A stretch of DNA of 40,369 nucleotides from a virus (taxonomy: Duplodnaviria > Caudoviricetes), in IMG/VR virus record IMGVR_UViG_3300027804_000103, positions 1 through 40,369 of that record; one strand, written 5' to 3'. Positions 16,461 to 26,215 of this stretch are shown one piece after another; the stretch's first letter is position 1; each line of letters starts with the position of its first letter. The notes under the pieces are model-generated. The model ran no database searches, was not told the DNA's origin, and saw nothing but the letters and a program-made list of their open reading frames with translations. A program made the translations under genes and the position numbers.

Positions 16461-16968
16461 AACTATGATCTTGACCGCCATGGTCGCCGGCACGGCGATG
16501 CAGGCCTATGGTCAATACCAAGCAGGCCAAGATGCTAAAAAGGCGGCTGACTACAACGCGCAGATCATGGAGCGGAACAAACAGACCGCTCTTGAAAAAG
16601 CAAAATACGAGTCAGAAGCCGAAGCTCAACGGCTTCGCCGACTTATTGGTTCTCAAAATGCTGCAAGGGGCGCGAGCGGTATTGGAAAGTCCGGTACGTT
16701 TCTAGACTTGCAAGAAGATACAACCATTCAGGGCACGATGGAACAATTGGCTATCCTGTACGGTGGTGAACTTCAAGCTGAAAACTTTCAAAACGAAGCA
16801 AACATGTCCCGCTTCCAAGGTGAAACAGCGGCTCGTCAAGGTACAACCTCTGCTATGGGCACTATTCTTACTGGCAGCGCGCAAACTGCTTACATGGGTT
16901 ACGACATGGGTGTATGGGGTAAAAAACCTTCAACGACGGGTAAAGTTACACCAGGAAAGGTTAGTTAA
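16450..16968 (+). CDS. Internal virion (ejection) protein, gp14-like
   Basis: Hydrophobic N-terminus, Ala/Gln-rich helices, G.Q.A..GASG motif; synteny. Confidence 0.75.
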   Translation: MGVETMILTAMVAGTAMQAYGQYQAGQDAKKAADYNAQIMERNKQTALEKAKYESEAEAQRLRRLIGSQNAARGASGIGKSGTFLDLQEDTTIQGTMEQLAILYGGELQAENFQNEANMSRFQGETAARQGTTSAMGTILTGSAQTAYMGYDMGVWGKKPSTTGKVTPGKVS

Positions 16969-16969
16969 T

Positions 16970-19303
16970 ATGCCAAAAATTCCTACCTACGAACGACGCG
17001 GTCAATTACCCGTTAGCTATCAGCAAGGTCTTGATTCTCGAGAGCGAGCTGCTTTTACTCTTGGTTCTCAAGGCACGGCTGAGACAGGTAAAGATATTCG
17101 TGAGGCTGCTTCAATTGCCTATAAGTGGAATGAGCAACAAAAGAAAGAAAAAGCGTCGCTAGACATGGCGTTAGTGTCGTCTGAAATGGGCGAACGATTT
17201 TCCATGGATTTTGAAAATTTAACAAACCAAGAAGAACGAAACATTGGCAAGTATAGAAATAAAGATCTTACGCAAAGATATGACGCTTCTCCATCAGAAG
17301 GACAACTTCTCGTAGATTTAACTAGAGACGCTGTTGATAATTTGATCCACCATAAAGATTATGCAAAAATAGCTGAGGGCAATAAATATTTTGCAGCTGA
17401 ATTTGAAAAGTTTAGTTTGCGTTTTCGTGAAGTTGCTCTGTCAAAAGCTATTCAACAGCAAAGTCAATTTCATATTCAAGCCGTTGAACTTGGCATACAA
17501 GATGGTCTTGAAAAAGCCGCTACTCACGTGTCTAATAGTCCTACCCAACTTGATGGCACTATGATGATGTGGCGTACCGTTTTAGGAGATATGTCTGAAG
17601 ACAAAATTCCTGAGTCAATGAAAGGACTTACGGCTATTGGCGTAAAACCAGAAGGAGCTGATAAGTATTTAGCAATTGCTCGTCCAGCCACTGTACAGAA
17701 AGCCAAAGAAAATCTTAACAAGATTGCCGAAGTTGCTTTCTTGCGCATGATTGCTGATGATCCTAAGGCGGCTCACGCAGCTCTTAAACAGCTTGGAGCA
17801 ACTCCTGATGGCAAATGGAAACTTGAAAAGCTATATGGTTTTACAGGTGACCAGTATTTGCGTTTGCTTAACAGCAGCAAAACTTCTTCTGAGTTTGTCA
17901 ATGTCGCAGCTAAATATAACTTAGAAGTAGAAATGAAGGACGCGGTGGCGGCTGCTCTAACAGGAACAACACCGCCCGGTTTTAACTCTCTTGAGAGTAT
18001 TCAAGCTAAGGTTTATAGTGTGCTGGATCCCAATGATCCAAAAAGCAAAGAACAGGCTTACGTAATTGCTAGCCAAACCTTTCGCGACATTTCCGTCAAT
18101 AAAAAAATTTATGCGACCACAGCCAGCTTTGCTTCAATGTCTACGGCAGACATCATAAAAACCGTTCAAAATTTAAAACCCTCTGGTAAAGGCGCAGCAG
18201 ATGAAACAGCTGTTCAACAAGGTGTTCAACAACAGGCAAATTTGATTATTCAGCAACGTCAACAAGATGCTGCAGCTCACTACAAAAGTAATTCCGTCGT
18301 AAACAACTACATTCTGAATGGCGACAGAGGTAAGGCCAACGACCACATTATTGCTGCTCAACTTCGAGACGGTGTTCCTAATCAAGACATCGTACTTCTT
18401 ACTAAAACAGAAGTAGAGGTTGAAAAGTCGTATTTAACTGGTACTAGAGGCGAGCAATTAGGGCAACGTCTGCGTAGCTTTATTGAGCGTTATGGTGGAA
18501 AAAATGGTGAGAGGCGTGGTGATTTGCAAATTGCTTGGCGTCAATTGACGACAGGTCCTAACCCATTGCCTCCCGAATATATTTGGGCTGCCAACGCAAT
18601 GGGCACTGCTGCTGAACCGTCAATTATTGCAGCCTTGGGAACAAGTCAGGAGGTTGTCAAGCAAAACCTTGGTAAGCTAAGCGACCGCGGGGTAAGTTAT
18701 ACGTTTATTGAAAACGTTGCACTCAATGTTGGTCAAAAATACAAAACAGCTTTGACAGGAAATATTCCGGATCGCTTAACAACCTATAACTCGGCACAAG
18801 CCCTGGCTATTAGAATTGCAGCTGCAAAATTAGCTGTGAGTGGCGCAAACAATGTGCAAAGAGAAGTAGAAGATGCGTTTAAACTTATTACCCAAGGCTA
18901 TGATTTTCAGGGTGGTACCTACTTTGTGCAAACAAAATCCTTAGGTGGTGGTAGTACTGCACTAAATCCAAAAATAATTCATGCAAATGCACAACGCATA
19001 CGCCAGGATAAGGATTTACTTACAAAACTAGACACCATAACGTCCCCTGGCAGTGCGAATCCCGGCAATAAAGATCCTGTGCGCAGGCAAAAAGAGTATC
19101 TTGAAATGCTTGAAAAACGTTCGTTTTGGATTAACAACGCAAATAACACAGGACTTCAATTGGTCATGGATGCTGGAAGCGGGATTGTTGAACCTGTTAC
19201 CAACGCTCAGGGTAACCCATACGAGTTAACTTGGCAACAATTAGGCAACGTCAATCTTTTGCCGCAAAAGAGAAGCAATTGGTTTGGCATAGAGTTTAAA
19301 TAA
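16970..19303 (+). CDS. Internal virion (ejection) protein, 777 aa
   Basis: MPKIPTY N-terminus typical of this position; helical; SD GGAAAGG. Confidence 0.7.
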   Translation: MPKIPTYERRGQLPVSYQQGLDSRERAAFTLGSQGTAETGKDIREAASIAYKWNEQQKKEKASLDMALVSSEMGERFSMDFENLTNQEERNIGKYRNKDLTQRYDASPSEGQLLVDLTRDAVDNLIHHKDYAKIAEGNKYFAAEFEKFSLRFREVALSKAIQQQSQFHIQAVELGIQDGLEKAATHVSNSPTQLDGTMMMWRTVLGDMSEDKIPESMKGLTAIGVKPEGADKYLAIARPATVQKAKENLNKIAEVAFLRMIADDPKAAHAALKQLGATPDGKWKLEKLYGFTGDQYLRLLNSSKTSSEFVNVAAKYNLEVEMKDAVAAALTGTTPPGFNSLESIQAKVYSVLDPNDPKSKEQAYVIASQTFRDISVNKKIYATTASFASMSTADIIKTVQNLKPSGKGAADETAVQQGVQQQANLIIQQRQQDAAAHYKSNSVVNNYILNGDRGKANDHIIAAQLRDGVPNQDIVLLTKTEVEVEKSYLTGTRGEQLGQRLRSFIERYGGKNGERRGDLQIAWRQLTTGPNPLPPEYIWAANAMGTAAEPSIIAALGTSQEVVKQNLGKLSDRGVSYTFIENVALNVGQKYKTALTGNIPDRLTTYNSAQALAIRIAAAKLAVSGANNVQREVEDAFKLITQGYDFQGGTYFVQTKSLGGGSTALNPKIIHANAQRIRQDKDLLTKLDTITSPGSANPGNKDPVRRQKEYLEMLEKRSFWINNANNTGLQLVMDAGSGIVEPVTNAQGNPYELTWQQLGNVNLLPQKRSNWFGIEFK

Positions 19304-19309
19304 TTAACC

Positions 19310-22300
19310 ATGGCCGACAAACTTAAAAAAGACGTCAACATGCCTAGAAATGCTCTAGGCATTACCGAGTCGCAACTACGAGAAGCACAAGAGCTTGGTT
19401 TTAACCATGCTCCCTTGGTACCTTCTAAGTGGTTTCAGTCTTTTGGTTTTGATCAATTGCGCTCAACAACCGGCCAGGTTGCTGATGCTGCCATTGAATC
19501 AGGCTGGACTGAAACCGGTATTGACTCCATCAAGCGTATGCGAGAGATTCGCAGAGCTGAAGAACTTACTACGTATACAGATGACGAGCTAAAGAGACTT
19601 TACAACCGTCGACACAACTCACCAAGGGGCGGTTCCGGTCAAGGCTGGAAAAGTCGTCCCACGCTTGAGGAGTTTGGACTTACAGAGCGCCCATCTATTC
19701 TTGGTCCGGATCAAGCAAACACCCAGTTTGGAATTCCAGGACAATTGTCTTGGGACAAACCAGTTAGTAGTTTAGTTGCAAAAATTCAACACGAAAGAAA
19801 ATTAAGTGAACTGCGGTTAGCTAGTACTTTTGAACGCGCACAAGGTTTTGTAGATAACTCTATTGGCTTTGGTTTGGCCATGGGTACGGCTATCTTTGAT
19901 CCAGTCGGTATTGCTATTGGTTTTGTTCCTATCATAGGTCAAGCTAGATATGCAAAATTAGGAGTGACGGCTTCTCGTTTTGCTAGAGGTGCCGAGGCCG
20001 GCTTTGTTGGTTCACTGGCTGTTGAACCTCTTATCTACGCCGCTAAAACGCAAGAAAAAGCAGACTACGACATGATGAACTCCCTGACTAACGTGGCCTT
20101 TGGCACCGCGGCAGGAGGTGGATTGTTTGCTGTTGGCGGAAAGTTTTACGACGGTTACAAAGGACTGCGTAGTAGAAGTCACGCTGCCGCTTTAGAAACC
20201 GCGGTAAAACAAGCTGCCAATGGACATAGCGTTGAAGTAGGACAGATTGCTGCGCACGGTGCATCAAACAAGGTGTATGCTGCAAACTTTGATGCCATGG
20301 CTCCTGATGAGAGTTCAATAAATCCTTACGAAGCAATTAAGAAGGCAGGCGAAACCTCTACTGAAGCAGGTACTCCACTGCAAGGCATTGAGACAAAATT
20401 TGAAGAGGATCTTGCTAGCAAAAAACGCAGTCCAATCAAGGAATACAAACCATACCAAGACGTTGAAACAAGTATGGCCTTGATGGATGAGGCAACCATG
20501 CCTAAGGCCGCCAAGATCACAACGACCCAGATTACTAGGGCTCTTGATGATCCTGAATTTGGAGAAGCAGTGCAGTTGGCCAAGGTCAACGGCATGCAGA
20601 ACAACATTGCCTTCTATGTCAGAACAGTTGACAACCAAGTTTTAGCTGTTAAAGCAGATCCGCGGGCTCCTATGGGCTTGTTGACCTCAAAAGCTTTTTC
20701 AACTGAAGGCACGATTGATATGTCAAAGGTGTCTGCAAATCTTAAGGATCTGCTAGCCATCCACGGGATCAAGATCAGCGAAGAGGCTGCTCTTGACATT
20801 GCCTATAAGGGTTCGTACAACCTCACTAAGAACAACATGACTCACGTCATGGAGATCAAGAACGCTGTTTTTGATCCTAAGCAAAACCAACACAACGTAG
20901 TCCTTGGTCCTGAAATGGCCATGGAGTCTATGTTTGCTCAAGACGCTGTTGGTGAGGTCTTTAACGATCTAAACCCCAAGGGCAAAGCAGCGGTTGAGTC
21001 TGCGATGTTTGACCCAGACACATACTTAGAAACAAGTGGCGACGTCTACAATTCTTTTGCCGGATACGACACGGCCTTTGACATCAATAACCTTGAAAGT
21101 GCAGGTAAACAACTTGGTACTAACAAAGGTGGTACGTTCATTGACAAGAACGACAACAGTCAATACTACGTCAAGTTTTACGAAAAAGATCTAGCGCTTA
21201 ACGAATGGATTGCTGCTACACTGTACACATGGTACGGCGTGCCGATGCCTAAAACTACCCTTGTTACGGAAAACGAGGCAGTAATTGGTGTCGCTAGTGA
21301 CTGGATTAAAAACTTTAAAACCCTGAGCCCAAGCGAATTTAAAACCCTGCCCGAAGAGCAACAACGCGCTTTTGCTCAGCACCTTATCATTGACGCTTAC
21401 TTGGCTAATTGGGACGTCGTTGGCAATGCACCTGAATTCAACATGCAAATGATTGAAGGCAAGGGAGCTGTTTGGCGCCTTGACCCAGGTGGTGCACTGC
21501 TGTATAGAGCTCAAGGTGAACTTAAGGGCGACAAGTTCACAACTAAGATTGCAGACTACAAGAGCATCATGGACAAAAATCCTGATGTGTTCGGTAAAGT
21601 CAGTCTTAAGGACACTGAGGAAGCGGTTGCTCGCATTTTACGTATCCCCCAAGACGAGGTCAACAAGTTAGTTGATACTGCCATACTTCATGGCATGGAC
21701 AAAAATCTTGGTGAAGAACTTAAGGAAAAACTAGCTCTGCGTCGCATTGATCTTGAGAGCACGTACAGCGAAGTTGCAAAGGAAGTTGCAAAGGAAACAA
21801 ATACAATTAAGTTTTTTAACAACTCTGATGGCAACAAGTTCCTGAAACAGTTTTACGATGACATTACAAAAACCCTGGCCCCGGCAGAAATAAGTGTTCT
21901 GAAAGACTATACTGGCGTCGATTACATTCCGATTAACAATGCCTTGTGGGGAAAAGAAGTTCTAGGTAAGACGATTAGTCCGGAGATGCAAAAGAAGATT
22001 GAATTGCTAGACTCCGCCTTTAAGAAACTTCCATTGACAGCACAAAAATACGACGTTTGGCGTGGGAATGTAAGGTATACCACGTTCAACAATATTTTGG
22101 CCGATCTAAACCTTAAACAGTTTGTGTGGGACCAGAATCTTGACGGCATGAAGGCATACGAGCTATTGAAAGCGGCTGAAGGTCACATCATCACGATGCA
22201 CGGATTTAGCAGTTCGTCCTTTACTTATGAAACTGCAAAAAAGTTTCACGGCCCTTATAAAGGTAAAGCGCCGATGACAAAGATTCTTGTACCAGAAGGC

Positions 22301-22804
22301 AGTAAAGTGGCATTTGCCGGAGCTATATCCAGCCATGACGAGGTTGAATTGCTGATTGATCGTGGCACAAAGTTCCGCGTGAAACAGGTCATTAAACCAA
22401 CTCACGACTTTGGCGATCCTACTGTCGTGCTTGAGGTATTGCCTGATCCTAATGCCGTCATGCCGTTTGAGGTGTCAGATGCTCAGAAGTTAAAGTTAGC
22501 TAAAGCTTATCAACAGCAACCAAGCAATGCAGCAGATGCTGAGCCCATGCTGAATGAGCCTAACGATTCTGTGGCCGACGCTATGAAAGCTATTGGCAAC
22601 GATCTTAAGTTAATTGACGATGACCTGATGGCAATACAAGCTAATATTGAAGCCGAGATGGTTAACCTAGACCCCGAGCTTGGGAATGCTTTGAAGGCCG
22701 CTCTTGAGACTGAGCTTAAAGTTTTGGACCAAAAGCAAGCCAACGCAACAGACATGCACAAAGCAGCAGAAGCTGCCGTGGTCTGCATTAAGAAGGGAAT
22801 GTAA
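19310..22804 (+). CDS. Internal virion (ejection) protein with inserted atypical kinase and ADP-ribosyltransferase domains
   Basis: Gly/Ala hydrophobic segments in the N-terminal third; kinase motifs LGTNKGG/YYVK/NE/LANWDVVGN..N/RLDPGG; ART motifs DYT..DY..IN..L/VWRG/FSSSS/DEVELL. Confidence 0.8.
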   Translation: MADKLKKDVNMPRNALGITESQLREAQELGFNHAPLVPSKWFQSFGFDQLRSTTGQVADAAIESGWTETGIDSIKRMREIRRAEELTTYTDDELKRLYNRRHNSPRGGSGQGWKSRPTLEEFGLTERPSILGPDQANTQFGIPGQLSWDKPVSSLVAKIQHERKLSELRLASTFERAQGFVDNSIGFGLAMGTAIFDPVGIAIGFVPIIGQARYAKLGVTASRFARGAEAGFVGSLAVEPLIYAAKTQEKADYDMMNSLTNVAFGTAAGGGLFAVGGKFYDGYKGLRSRSHAAALETAVKQAANGHSVEVGQIAAHGASNKVYAANFDAMAPDESSINPYEAIKKAGETSTEAGTPLQGIETKFEEDLASKKRSPIKEYKPYQDVETSMALMDEATMPKAAKITTTQITRALDDPEFGEAVQLAKVNGMQNNIAFYVRTVDNQVLAVKADPRAPMGLLTSKAFSTEGTIDMSKVSANLKDLLAIHGIKISEEAALDIAYKGSYNLTKNNMTHVMEIKNAVFDPKQNQHNVVLGPEMAMESMFAQDAVGEVFNDLNPKGKAAVESAMFDPDTYLETSGDVYNSFAGYDTAFDINNLESAGKQLGTNKGGTFIDKNDNSQYYVKFYEKDLALNEWIAATLYTWYGVPMPKTTLVTENEAVIGVASDWIKNFKTLSPSEFKTLPEEQQRAFAQHLIIDAYLANWDVVGNAPEFNMQMIEGKGAVWRLDPGGALLYRAQGELKGDKFTTKIADYKSIMDKNPDVFGKVSLKDTEEAVARILRIPQDEVNKLVDTAILHGMDKNLGEELKEKLALRRIDLESTYSEVAKEVAKETNTIKFFNNSDGNKFLKQFYDDITKTLAPAEISVLKDYTGVDYIPINNALWGKEVLGKTISPEMQKKIELLDSAFKKLPLTAQKYDVWRGNVRYTTFNNILADLNLKQFVWDQNLDGMKAYELLKAAEGHIITMHGFSSSSFTYETAKKFHGPYKGKAPMTKILVPEGSKVAFAGAISSHDEVELLIDRGTKFRVKQVIKPTHDFGDPTVVLEVLPDPNAVMPFEVSDAQKLKLAKAYQQQPSNAADAEPMLNEPNDSVADAMKAIGNDLKLIDDDLMAIQANIEAEMVNLDPELGNALKAALETELKVLDQKQANATDMHKAAEAAVVCIKKGM

Positions 22805-22805
22805 G

Positions 22806-25322
22806 ATGGCAATGCAAGATTGCTTAGACATCATTAAGAAAGCCGCTGGAGAGGGCAAGATCACGGATCAGCAGGCCGGTGACTTACTGTCTGAAATTGA
22901 AACGTTTATCTCGTCGAAGCAGAAGATGCTTCATGTAGATAACTTAGACGCCACTATTGCAGACCACCTGAAGCAACGACTTAACGACAGCATTTTAGCA
23001 GCAGCGATTGAGAAGCGAAATACTATGATCAACGCCAAGGTGTTGGCGCAGAACTACAACTTTGTCGGTAAGTTTGTCGATCCTGCCGAAGGTCTTCAGG
23101 CCTTGATGGTTGGCTCAGTGAAAAACAGGGTTGGTTCTAAGCTTAGCATCGACGCGCAAGGCAAGGCCCTGTCAAACAAGTACTTGGGTCGCTTGATTCA
23201 CGACCTAGAAAAAGACGACCTGTTGGTTCATTTCAGCAATGGCCATATGGACGATGATATTGCTAGAGAACTCTTTGAGATTAAACCCAATGGAACACCA
23301 GGCATCTCGGAAAACCCTGTGGCGCAAAAGATTGCAGCCGTCGTCCACAAGTACCAGTCAGTCGCCATCGAACGAGCAAACCGAGCTGGGGCCTACATTC
23401 AAGCAAGACCCGGCTATATCTTTAGACAAAGCCACGATCAAGCTCGGATCCGTCAAGCTGGATTTGAAAACTGGAAAAATTACGTCTTAGACAAACTAGA
23501 CATTGAGGCCACGTTTAGGGGTGCAGACCCTGAGGAGTTCTTGAAAGGCGCCTACCTTGGCTTGACGACAGGAATGCACAAGCGCTTCAAGGGAGACAGC
23601 GAGAGCAACTTCTTGCATGGTTTTAAAGGACCAGCTAACGTAGCCAAAAAGATGAGCCAGGAACGCACTCTGCATTTCAAGGACTCGGATTCTTTCATGG
23701 CCTACAACGAGCAGTTTGGTACCCAGGACTTGCGTGAAGCGATTACTAATGGCCTTGACCACATGGCCAGGAACACCGCCTTGATGGAAGGCCTTGGTAC
23801 AAACCCTGTTGCTATGTTTGATCGCATGATGACTGAGTTGAAACTCAAGTATCGTGATCAACCAGAAGTCTACGACAAGCTGTCAAAGAAAAACCTGATG
23901 AACCAGTTGAAGGAGATTGATGGGACCACTAGGATTCCTGCTAACGTCAGCTTGGCAAGGATCGGCGCTATTACCCGTTCAATCCAGAACATGGCTAAGC
24001 TAGGTGGTGCTGTCGTGTCCTCAGTGACTGACATTCCTAACCAGGCAGCCGAACTACGCTACCAAGGGGTTCCACTGCTGAAGTCGTACAGTGACACGAT
24101 CTTGAATATCTTCAAGGGTCGTGGCGATCTTGAACGCAAAGAGATTGCCCGTCTGCTTGGTGTTGGTTTTGACGGCCTGATTGGTGACGTGACAGCTAGG
24201 TTTGGTTCGCAAGACTCGGTCCCTGGGGCAATGGCCAAATTGCAGCAGCGCTTCTTCAAACTCAACCTAATGAGCTGGTGGAACGACACAAACCGAACCA
24301 GTGCTGCTTTGATCATGAGTAACAACCTGGCGAACAAGGTTGATCTTGAGTACAGCAAGCTTGGCAAGGCAGCTAACGTCATGCAGCAGTACGACATTGG
24401 CGAAGTCGAGTGGAATATTTATCGCAAGTACGCGGTCAAGGAAGCGGCTGACGGTAACAAGTACATGGTCAGTGAAGCTATCGAGGAACTAGAAGACAGC
24501 GTCGTCAAGCAGTATCTGAAGGACAAGGGCAATGCTAAACCGTCTGCTAGGGATATTGCTACGGCTAGAGATGAACTTGTCTCTCGCCTAGATACCTACT
24601 TCCAGGACCGTTCTGATTACGCGGTACCTATGCCAGGAGCCGCTGAACGAGCCATTATGAGTCAGGGCACTGAGGTAGGTACGGCTGAAGGTGAAGCGTT
24701 GCGCCTGATCATGCAGTTTAAGGCCTTCCCGATTACGATGATTCGCCGGGGTCTTGGACGCGAGGTTCATGGAGCTGCTAACGGTAGGCCAGACATGATG
24801 GGACTAGTACATCTGATAGCTGGTACTACCCTGTTCGGATATGCTTCGATGGTAGCTAAAGATATTCTGAAGGGCAAGGAACCTCGGACCTTTACTGGAG
24901 AAACAGAGAAGGACGCCAAGCTAATGTTTGCTGCCATGAGCCAGGGCGGAGGCCTTGGTATCTACGGCGATTTCTTGTTTGGCGAATACAGCAGGTATGG
25001 ACGTTCATTCCTGTCAACCCTGGCAGGTCCTACCTTAGGACAGGTAGATGACCTAGCTGAGATTTTTACCCGTATTCGAACAGGCGAAGATGTGGGTGCT
25101 AACCTAATGAGGACGGTTACGAACAACACTCCGTTCATCAATTTGTTTTATACTAGGCAAGCCCTGGACTATTTGATTCTGTACGAGTTGCAAGAGATGG
25201 TCAACCCAGGGTATCTTCGTCGGATGGAAGGCCGTATAATGCAAGAAAACGATCAGCGATTTTTCGTTCCGCCGAGCGAGCAGGTCCCATACGGAGGTAG
25301 CTTAAGGAGTCTAGTGCAATGA
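22806..25322 (+). CDS. Large internal virion (ejection) protein, 838 aa
   Basis: MAMQDCL start; QFKAFP and QGGGLGIYGDFL motifs of epsilon15/BPP-1-type last ejection proteins. Confidence 0.8.
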   Translation: MAMQDCLDIIKKAAGEGKITDQQAGDLLSEIETFISSKQKMLHVDNLDATIADHLKQRLNDSILAAAIEKRNTMINAKVLAQNYNFVGKFVDPAEGLQALMVGSVKNRVGSKLSIDAQGKALSNKYLGRLIHDLEKDDLLVHFSNGHMDDDIARELFEIKPNGTPGISENPVAQKIAAVVHKYQSVAIERANRAGAYIQARPGYIFRQSHDQARIRQAGFENWKNYVLDKLDIEATFRGADPEEFLKGAYLGLTTGMHKRFKGDSESNFLHGFKGPANVAKKMSQERTLHFKDSDSFMAYNEQFGTQDLREAITNGLDHMARNTALMEGLGTNPVAMFDRMMTELKLKYRDQPEVYDKLSKKNLMNQLKEIDGTTRIPANVSLARIGAITRSIQNMAKLGGAVVSSVTDIPNQAAELRYQGVPLLKSYSDTILNIFKGRGDLERKEIARLLGVGFDGLIGDVTARFGSQDSVPGAMAKLQQRFFKLNLMSWWNDTNRTSAALIMSNNLANKVDLEYSKLGKAANVMQQYDIGEVEWNIYRKYAVKEAADGNKYMVSEAIEELEDSVVKQYLKDKGNAKPSARDIATARDELVSRLDTYFQDRSDYAVPMPGAAERAIMSQGTEVGTAEGEALRLIMQFKAFPITMIRRGLGREVHGAANGRPDMMGLVHLIAGTTLFGYASMVAKDILKGKEPRTFTGETEKDAKLMFAAMSQGGGLGIYGDFLFGEYSRYGRSFLSTLAGPTLGQVDDLAEIFTRIRTGEDVGANLMRTVTNNTPFINLFYTRQALDYLILYELQEMVNPGYLRRMEGRIMQENDQRFFVPPSEQVPYGGSLRSLVQ

Positions 25323-26206
25323 CAGTTCAAACCGAAATTAAACGTGTCGTCCAGGTTGGCACTGGTTCAACGAACACTTTCTACTTTAATGCGACCGTCC
25401 AAGGTTTGGACGACCTCAAGGTTTTTACTGTTGACACTGCAAGCATACAGACTCTGAGAACTCGCGGTGGAGCAAACCCATACGACTACACAGTCACGAT
25501 CAACGCCTCAACTAAGTTCGCCACTGTCACGCTGAACTCAAACCTGGCTGCTGGTTTCAAGATCGTTATTCTTCGCGGTACGCCGATTGTCCAGCAAGTG
25601 GACTACACTGAAGGCGACCCATTCCCAGCAGAAACACACGAAGGTGCTCTCGACAAGCTGACCATCATTGCGACGCAGTTGCAAGAACAGCTTGACCGTT
25701 CACTGCAGGTTGTTGAAACCAGTACTGTAACTGGTATTCGCGTGGCTGAATTTCAAGCAAACAAAGCTCTGGTTGTCGATGCCACAGGCACTAAGGTTGC
25801 CATGGGCCCAACAACTACTGACATTGCCAACGCACAAAGTAATGCAGCTGCCGCAACAGCCGCAGCTTCTGCCGCCGCATCTTCTGCTTCAAGTGCAGCA
25901 GCTTCTGCAGCCACAGCATCAACTGCCGTAAGTAATGCTGGTCTGCCAACCTTAGTTGCTGGTGACGAGCTTAAGTTTATTCGTATCAAGTCTGACCGGT
26001 CTGGTTACGAGACAATCGCACCGCCACAAGACAACTCGATCTTCTATGGTTTCAGAACTTCTAATGGTTCCTTGCTGCTTGATAGGTCAGTCATTGGAGT
26101 TGCTGATTCATTTAACGTAAACGATTATGAGGACTATTTCCTTGGCGCGTCAGGCAATGTCTTCTCTGTCAACAACGACGGCCACCTCATCTGCACACTA
26201 CCGTAA
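25319..26206 (+). CDS. Tail fibre / fibre adaptor with T7 gp17-like N-terminal anchor
   Basis: R.TPIVQ.VDY..GD.FPAETHEGALDKLT..Q anchor motif; Ala/Ser coiled segment. Confidence 0.8.
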   Translation: MTVQTEIKRVVQVGTGSTNTFYFNATVQGLDDLKVFTVDTASIQTLRTRGGANPYDYTVTINASTKFATVTLNSNLAAGFKIVILRGTPIVQQVDYTEGDPFPAETHEGALDKLTIIATQLQEQLDRSLQVVETSTVTGIRVAEFQANKALVVDATGTKVAMGPTTTDIANAQSNAAAATAAASAAASSASSAAASAATASTAVSNAGLPTLVAGDELKFIRIKSDRSGYETIAPPQDNSIFYGFRTSNGSLLLDRSVIGVADSFNVNDYEDYFLGASGNVFSVNNDGHLICTLP

Positions 26207-26215
26207 GGAGAAACC

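Noticed and set aside
25840-25930. GCA/GCT/TCT-rich quasi-repeat
   Set aside because: Ala/Ser low-complexity coding segment common in tail fibres; not a CRISPR or tandem array
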